Source: Eledone cirrhosa
Lineage: Eukaryota
DNA length: 64,000 bases
Direction of reading: 5' to 3'
NCBI GenBank assembly: GCA_964016885.1
Contig: OZ024766.1
Location: 16,554,001 to 16,618,000, forward strand
Shown piece after piece: positions 56,584 through 64,000 of the stretch (positions are counted from its first letter, which is position 1; each line of letters begins with the position of its first letter). The notes beneath the pieces are model-generated. The model worked only from the letters and a program-made list of their open reading frames with translations, was not told the origin of the DNA and ran no database searches. The position numbers and the translations under genes were made by a program.

Positions 56584-56701
56584 AAAATGTTTAACCCCGA
56601 CGGCAGAGCTCAAGCCATTTCGACGGTTATGTCTGGACTGTTTCCAGAAATAGCCGTCGAAACGGATTGAGCTCTGCCGTCGGGGTTAAACATTTTCCTA
56701 T
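56579..56701. repeat. 123-bp hairpin copy
   Basis: Paralog of 1824-1946. Confidence 0.88.
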
Positions 56702-57129
56702 TACCCGCTCTACTACCCTAAGTATTGAGTACTCTGGTGCGTATATGGTCCATCTGGTTCTTTACCACACCTCTTTTGTTATATATATATAAAATTATAA
56801 AAAACGAAAGGAGCTGTGTGGTTACTGTAAACAAAGTCTAAGATGGTAATATGGATGAAAGGAGAGAAGAAACCCTTCATCAGCTGTAAACCGAGATCAT
56901 AGATGTTTTGGCACATATATATATATACAGTGTTTGTAAATTCTGTACCATACAGATTTGTCAGCATAAGTCTTGGTTACAACTTCTACAAATAAAATGA
57001 AAGGAGAATAATTTCAGAACAAAAAAGTTTTATTCAAAACATTAACATTGATGGCACTATTTTCGGTGAGTGACATGGTTTTTATCTTGTCTGATTGTGT
57101 TTGTGTAACATTAAGTAACCTTATGTTGG

Positions 57130-57885
<756 letters not shown>

Positions 57886-58911
57886 TTATGGTTTCTTACC
57901 TGTATGGGTATATTTGTGTTTAGTTAAACTACTTAATTGAGAGAATGATTTACCACAGATATCACAGTGGTATGGCGTGTCTCCTGTATGTATACGTATG
58001 TGGCTAGTTAAGGTACCACTTTCAGAGAATGATTTACCACAGATATCACAGTGATATGGCTTCTCTCCTGTATGGATACGTATGTGGCTAGTTAAGGTAC
58101 TACTATCAGAGAATGATTTACCACAGATATCACAGTGATATGGCTTGTCTCCTGTATGTATACGTTTGTGGCTAGTTAAGTTACCACTTTCAGAGAATGA
58201 TTTACCACAGATATCACAGTGATATGGCTTCTCTCCTGTATGGGTACGTTTGTGGCTAGTTAAGTGACCACTTTGAGAGAATGATTTACCACAGATATCA
58301 CAGTGATATGGCTTCTCTCCTGAATGGGTACGTTTGTGGCTAGTTAAACTAACATTATTAAAGAATGATTTACCACAGATATCACAGTTATAAGGCTTGT
58401 CTCCTGTATGAGTACGTATGTGAGAAGTTAAATATCTACTAAAAGAGAATGATTTACCACAGATATCACAGTGATAAGGCTTGTCTCCTGTATGTGTACG
58501 TTTGTGGCTAGTTAAGTTACTACTTACAGAGAATGATTTAGCACAGATATCACAGTGATATGGTTTGTCACCTGTATGGGTACGTATGTGACAAATTAAT
58601 ATACGACTTAGAGAGAATGATTTACCACAGATATCACAGTGATAAGGCTTGTCTCCTGTATGTATATGTTTGTGTGTAGTTAAGGTACTACTATGAGAGA
58701 ATGATTTACCACAGATATCACAGTGATATGGTTTGTCACCTGTATGGGTACGTATGTGACAAATTAATATACGACTTAGAGAGAATGATTTACCACAGAC
58801 ATCACAGTGATATGGCTTCTCTCCTCTATCCTTTGACATCTCTTCTGTAATAGCCATATCTTTAGACATTGTTTCACATTTAATCTTCTTTTCACTTAAT
58901 TTATTTTCCAT
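57886..58911 (-). CDS. C2H2 zinc-finger protein D, 11 fingers (B-like)
   Basis: 341 aa = 33 + 11x28. Confidence 0.95.
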   Translation of the reverse strand: MENKLSEKKIKCETMSKDMAITEEMSKDRGEKPYHCDVCGKSFSLSRILICHIRTHTGDKPYHCDICGKSFSHSSTLTTHKHIHTGDKPYHCDICGKSFSLSRILICHIRTHTGDKPYHCDICAKSFSVSSNLTSHKRTHTGDKPYHCDICGKSFSFSRYLTSHIRTHTGDKPYNCDICGKSFFNNVSLTSHKRTHSGEKPYHCDICGKSFSQSGHLTSHKRTHTGEKPYHCDICGKSFSESGNLTSHKRIHTGDKPYHCDICGKSFSDSSTLTSHIRIHTGEKPYHCDICGKSFSESGTLTSHIRIHTGDTPYHCDICGKSFSQLSSLTKHKYTHTGKKP

Positions 58912-60634
58912 AATAATTCTTCTTCCCTTGGCAGAATTTACAGATGTTATTCTTTAATATTTTTCATATTATATTCCTAAAAAATATTTCTTCTGTTATA
59001 TTTCCCTCAATTATGATCTCAGTTAATACCTGAAGATGATGCAAACTTCTTTGTCATTGAAGCTGAGTTAAAATACAAAATATATCTCTCATATATATAC
59101 CACACAGTGAAGAAAAGTAATTTTGTCTTTAAACTCAGTTTTGAGGAAATATATAACAGTAATTCTGATAGATTTATATAAACAGTGTTATATAAGTTCT
59201 GTTTAAAAAGTTTTAATCTTCAAATGATGATAAATAGAGGTGATGTATCCAAGATTGAAAATAATAATTTATCCCAATGTCATCTGATATTCTGAAATGA
59301 AAAAGAAACAGTATGAAATAATAGAGAATACTTAAGAAGCAGAGATAGATTTAACAGTGGAAATTTCACATCTATAAACCCTAGAAACTTTTTATTGAAA
59401 AATCAAATTATTTTAATTTTTAATTTGTTACAAGAAATCTTCCTCCACACCTGCAACCATGAGTGCATCTGGGGTTCTCTTCTCTTCAGAGAGATGGATC
59501 CTCATGAGGTGGAGAGAATACTTTGCTGATCTCCCAAACCCGACCACAACAGCATCTTCGGATGTACATGAGGTGAATCTGATAGCGGTGACTAATCTCT
59601 CGGAGGCTGAGATCACAAGAGCAATTAAAGAGCTCAAATGTGACCGACTCATGTGTGTCAGATGGCCTGGGTCTCTGAAATGGCACTCAAGCAAAGGCAA
59701 TCGGGAGTGATAATCCCAATTTATAAAAAGGGACACACGAGAGATTGTTCCAAATAGAGAGGGATCACCTTGTTAAGACTCCCTGGTAAAGTATATGCAA
59801 AGTTTCTGGCAAAGTGATGTAGCGAGTCGAAGCTAGCTGATGGACAGTGCTGTTTTCTCCCTGGGTGCAACATAACCCACCAAATATTCACACTGTGGCA
59901 GGTCTTTGAGAAATCGTGGGAGTATTGCTAAGAGGTATATATTATCGTTTTATAGAACTGGAAAATGCACATGACCGCATTCTTCAGGACCTGCTGAGCA
60001 TACAGGAGTTCACATGGGCAGCCAGTCTTAAACATCTCTGTTATAGGTTGCAGGATGATAATAAGTAAGTGAGGGCTAAGAACAGAGCCCTGGTGGACAC
60101 CAGACTACACTCCAAATTCTTCACTATAATTGTTTCTATTTTAAACACAAGGCCAGCAATTACCCAGTACATTACTGATACTTTATTTTATAGAACCCGT
60201 ATGGATGTAAGGCAAAGTTAACCTCGGCGGGATTTGAACTCAGATCATAAAGGGACGTAACTCTGTGCCTCAAAGCATGGTGTCCGACTCCCTACCGATA
60301 CTGCCACTTCACTATAATGAATGTTAATCCTGACATTGCTGACTGCTCTTCTATACATGGCTTTATGATCCTGTATGCAAGACATGTATCAGACGGTTAT
60401 TCAGCTAGCTCTTTAGAGTATTAGAACCTTATTATGTACAGCCACCGAGATCCCACACCAACAGCTGTCCCTTCACCATCAAAGCAGTTCCCTGAAATAC
60501 AGATACTAAACCCCTACTTGGCTGGCTAACTCAGACATAATTATAATGAAATGAAACCCACAATAAAGTAATGTTCAACCATAAGTAGATGAAGTTAATT
60601 AAATTGTAAGAGATTTAGACTAAAATAGACAAAA

Positions 60635-61545
60635 TATTAATTTACTTAAAGCAATAACAAGGTACAGCTAAATATAAACTATATTTTATAATGTAAGGTA
60701 GTGAACCACATAATTAAATAGACGGAGGTAATTTAAATAATAAATATATCTTTAATTTACTTAAAGCAATGACAAGGTACAGCTAAATATAAACTATATT
60801 TTATAATGTAAGGTAGTGAACAAGATAATTAAACAGACGGAGGTAATTTAAATAATAAATATATCTTTAATTTACTTAAAGCAATGACAAGGTACAGCTA
60901 AATATAAACTATATTTTATAATGTAAGGTAGTGAACAAGATAATTAAATTGACGGGGTTAATTTAAATAATAAATATATATTTAACTTACTTCAAGCAAT
61001 AACAAGGTACAGTTAAATATAAACTACATTATGTAAGGTAGTGAACCACATAATTAAATAGACGGAGGTAATTTAAATAATAAAAATATATTTAACTTAC
61101 TTCAAGCAATAACAAGGTACAGCTAAATATAAACTATATTTTATAATGTCAGGTAGTGAACAAGATAATTAAATTGACGGGGTTAATTTAAATAATAAAT
61201 ATATCTTTAATTTACTTAAAGCAATGACAAGGTACAGCTAAATATAAACTATATTTTATAATGTAAGGTAGTGAACAAGATAATTAAACAGACGGAGGTA
61301 ATTTAAATAATAAAAATATATTTAACTTACTTCAAGCAATAACAAGGTACAGCTAAATATAAACTATATTTTATAATGTCAGGTAGTGAACCACATAATT
61401 AAATAGACGGAGGTAATTTAAATAATAAATATAGCTTTAACTTACTTAAAGCAATAACAAGGTATCGCTAAATATAAACTATATTTTATAATGTAATGTA
61501 GTGAACAAGATAATTAAATAGACGGAGGTAATTTAAATAATAAAG
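60635..61545. repeat. 115-bp AT-rich repeat (~8 copies)
   Basis: Same unit. Confidence 0.9.
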
Positions 61546-62424
61546 ACAGTCATAACAATATATTTTATATCACATGTAACAGTGGAATCTGGTTAATCAC
61601 TGGTGCGTTGTAGGGGTCACATAATTATTTTATTTACACACATTAATATAGATATTAAGTAAATCTTTGGCAACTTACCTCCTTCGCATATAATTAATGT
61701 ATTGTGTTGTTAGTTGTTACTAAACAACCAAAGAAATAAACTCTTTGTTATCAAATTAGAAGTTTCAATGTGATCAGCTTTATTTCACGACATTAACGTT
61801 GGTGTATCTTCTTCATCTTTAGTCATAAATTGATATCTTGTCAGAATGAAGTAGTGAGGCTGACTTTATGTCTTTAGCTACAGACTTGATAGGAAATATA
61901 TATATATTAGGTTGATATGTAGTCTAAAATATATATATATTGTCTATAAATGACTGATAGCAGATGTTCTGGTGAAATAGTAGTTTTACTACTACAGATT
62001 GTAATGGAACTCTTAGTAGACACAATTGTAAAGTAAGAATAGATATGACAGTGTAAGACTGATGTCGGGGAATTAAAATTGTGTGTGTGTATATATATAT
62101 ATATAATTGTTACACAAGATATAATTAGATAAATTAAAGTTATAATGAAGACAGCAGGTACTCGGTGTCTTAGCGAATATTTCGACTCTCGTACGGTGTC
62201 AAACGTGAAAAGTCCCTGACATAATTTTGTACTTTCACTCACATTTCCAGTCGTATTTAATTTTATAGTGATGTGATTTATTAAAAAGAAACGTGATAAT
62301 TGTTTCTACTTTAGGCACAAGGCCAGTAAATACCCCAGTACATTACTGGTACTTCATTTTATCGACCCCGTATGGATGAAAGGCAAAGCTTACCTCTGAG
62401 GGATTAACTTTGCTTTTCATCCTT

Positions 62425-62840
62425 ATCTCTATACATATAGAAAATGGACAGAGTGTGTACTTCACTGAAACCACTGCTCATCAGTTGACACCAGCACCAC
62501 CTGACACTACTCTAACTGCTTTTTTGAAACACTGCCAGAATAAAGAATTTGTTCGATCCCTCCTATATGCTGACATCCCAAAATACTACACCTGGACCAA
62601 TTGTAAGACTTGGAATCAAAGGAAGCAGGGTCATTTAGTGGAAGGTGATGAAGTCAAGGCAAGTGATGCTATTGGGCATGTTTACAATGACCACCCCAAC
62701 AACAGAGAGAGTTTTTATTTACAGTCACATCTGCATATTGTTCAAGGACCAACGTCATTTGAGGATCTCAGGTGATTTGGTGGAAGAGTGCAGCAAATAA
62801 CAAGAAGCATCTAAAGAACATCAGATTCTGCATGGCAATT
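62425..62840 (+). pseudogene. Helitron RepHel fragment
   Basis: ORF 62410-62775. Confidence 0.85.
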
Positions 62841-64000
62841 GATATTGGAAGAAGAGACTAGAAGGAGTAGTCACTGGAGTAGCCAGTTAAATAAGACAGC
62901 CATGGACACCTGTATGACAACTGACATTGGAAGAAGGGACTAGAAGGAGCAGTCACTGGAGTAGCCAGTTAAATAAGACAGCCATGGACTTCTGTATGAC
63001 AACTGAGATTGGAAGAAGAGACTAGAAGGAGCAGTCACTGGAGTAGCCAGTTAAATAAGACAACCATGGACTTCTGTATGACAACTGAGATTGGAAGAAG
63101 AGACTAGAAGGAGCAGTCACTGGAGTAGCGAGTTAAATAAGACAACCATGGACACCTGTATGACAACTGACATTGGAAGAAGGGACTAGAAGGAACAGTC
63201 ACTGGAGTAGCGAGTTAAATAAGACAGCCATGGACTCCTGTATGACAACTGACATTGGAAGAAGAGACTAGAAGGAGCAGTCACTGGAGTAGCCAGTTAA
63301 ATAAAACAGCCATGGACTCCTGTATGACAACTGACATTGGATGAAGGGACTATAAGGAGCAGTCACTGGAGTAGCCAGTTAAATAAGACAGCCATGGACT
63401 TCTGTATGACAACTGACATTGGCAGAAGTGACTAGAAGGAGCAGTCACTGGAGTAGCCACTTAAATAAGACAGTCATGGACACCTGTATGACAACTAACA
63501 TTCGAAGAAGGGACTAGAAGGAGCAGTCACTGGAGTAGCCAGCTAAATAAGACAGCCATGGACACCTGTATGACAACTGACATTGGAAGAAGGGACTAGA
63601 AGGAGCAGTCACTGGAATAGCCAGTTAAATAAGACAGCCATGGACTCCTGTATGACAACTGACATTGGAAAGAGAGACTAGAAGGAGCAGTCACTGGAGT
63701 AGCCAGTTAAATAAGACAGTCATGGACACCTGTATGACAACTAACATTGGAAGAAGGGACTAGAAGGAGCAGTCACTGGAGTAGCCAGTTAAATAAGACA
63801 GCCATGGACACCTGTATGACAACTAACATTGGAAGAAGGGACTAGAAGGAGCAGTCACTGGAGTAGCCAGTTAAATAAGACAGCCATGGACTTCTGTATG
63901 ACAACTGAGATTGGAAGAAGGGACTAGAAGGAGCAGTCACTGGAGTAGCCATTTAAATAAGACAGCCATGGACTCCTGTATGACAACTGACATTGGAAGA
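62828..64000 (+). repeat. 82-bp satellite (>=14 copies, window-truncated)
   Basis: Same unit. Confidence 0.95.

Overview
AT-rich animal DNA, most likely an octopus or other coleoid cephalopod (inferred from the SINE and (TGA)n-tailed RTE families and the [11 protein letters not shown] finger style). The window is a head-to-tail array of ~8-12.5 kb units, each carrying one minus-strand C2H2 zinc-finger gene. The six genes have 20, 10, 14, 9, 17+1 and 11 fingers, a 33-aa leader with an IKCE motif and no recognisable effector domain. Each unit repeats one layout: 230-bp palindrome, 123-bp hairpin, 80-bp pseudo-finger array, ZF ORF, intron (RTE relic, SINE, 115-bp repeat), 77-bp SINE-derived repeat, and a Helitron RepHel relic with an internal 82-bp satellite. 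A very recent ~20.7-kb two-gene duplication (1-~18 kb vs 20.7-~38.2 kb) is near-identical in flanks yet differs in finger number and identity, suggesting a rapidly shuffling, PRDM9-like finger repertoire. Young insertions include a 3-kb RTE LINE with an internal PHD-like finger, an RTE 3' fragment with a 25-bp TSD, and a CR1/L2-like LINE. All alignments and counts were done by eye; repeat boundaries are approximate.
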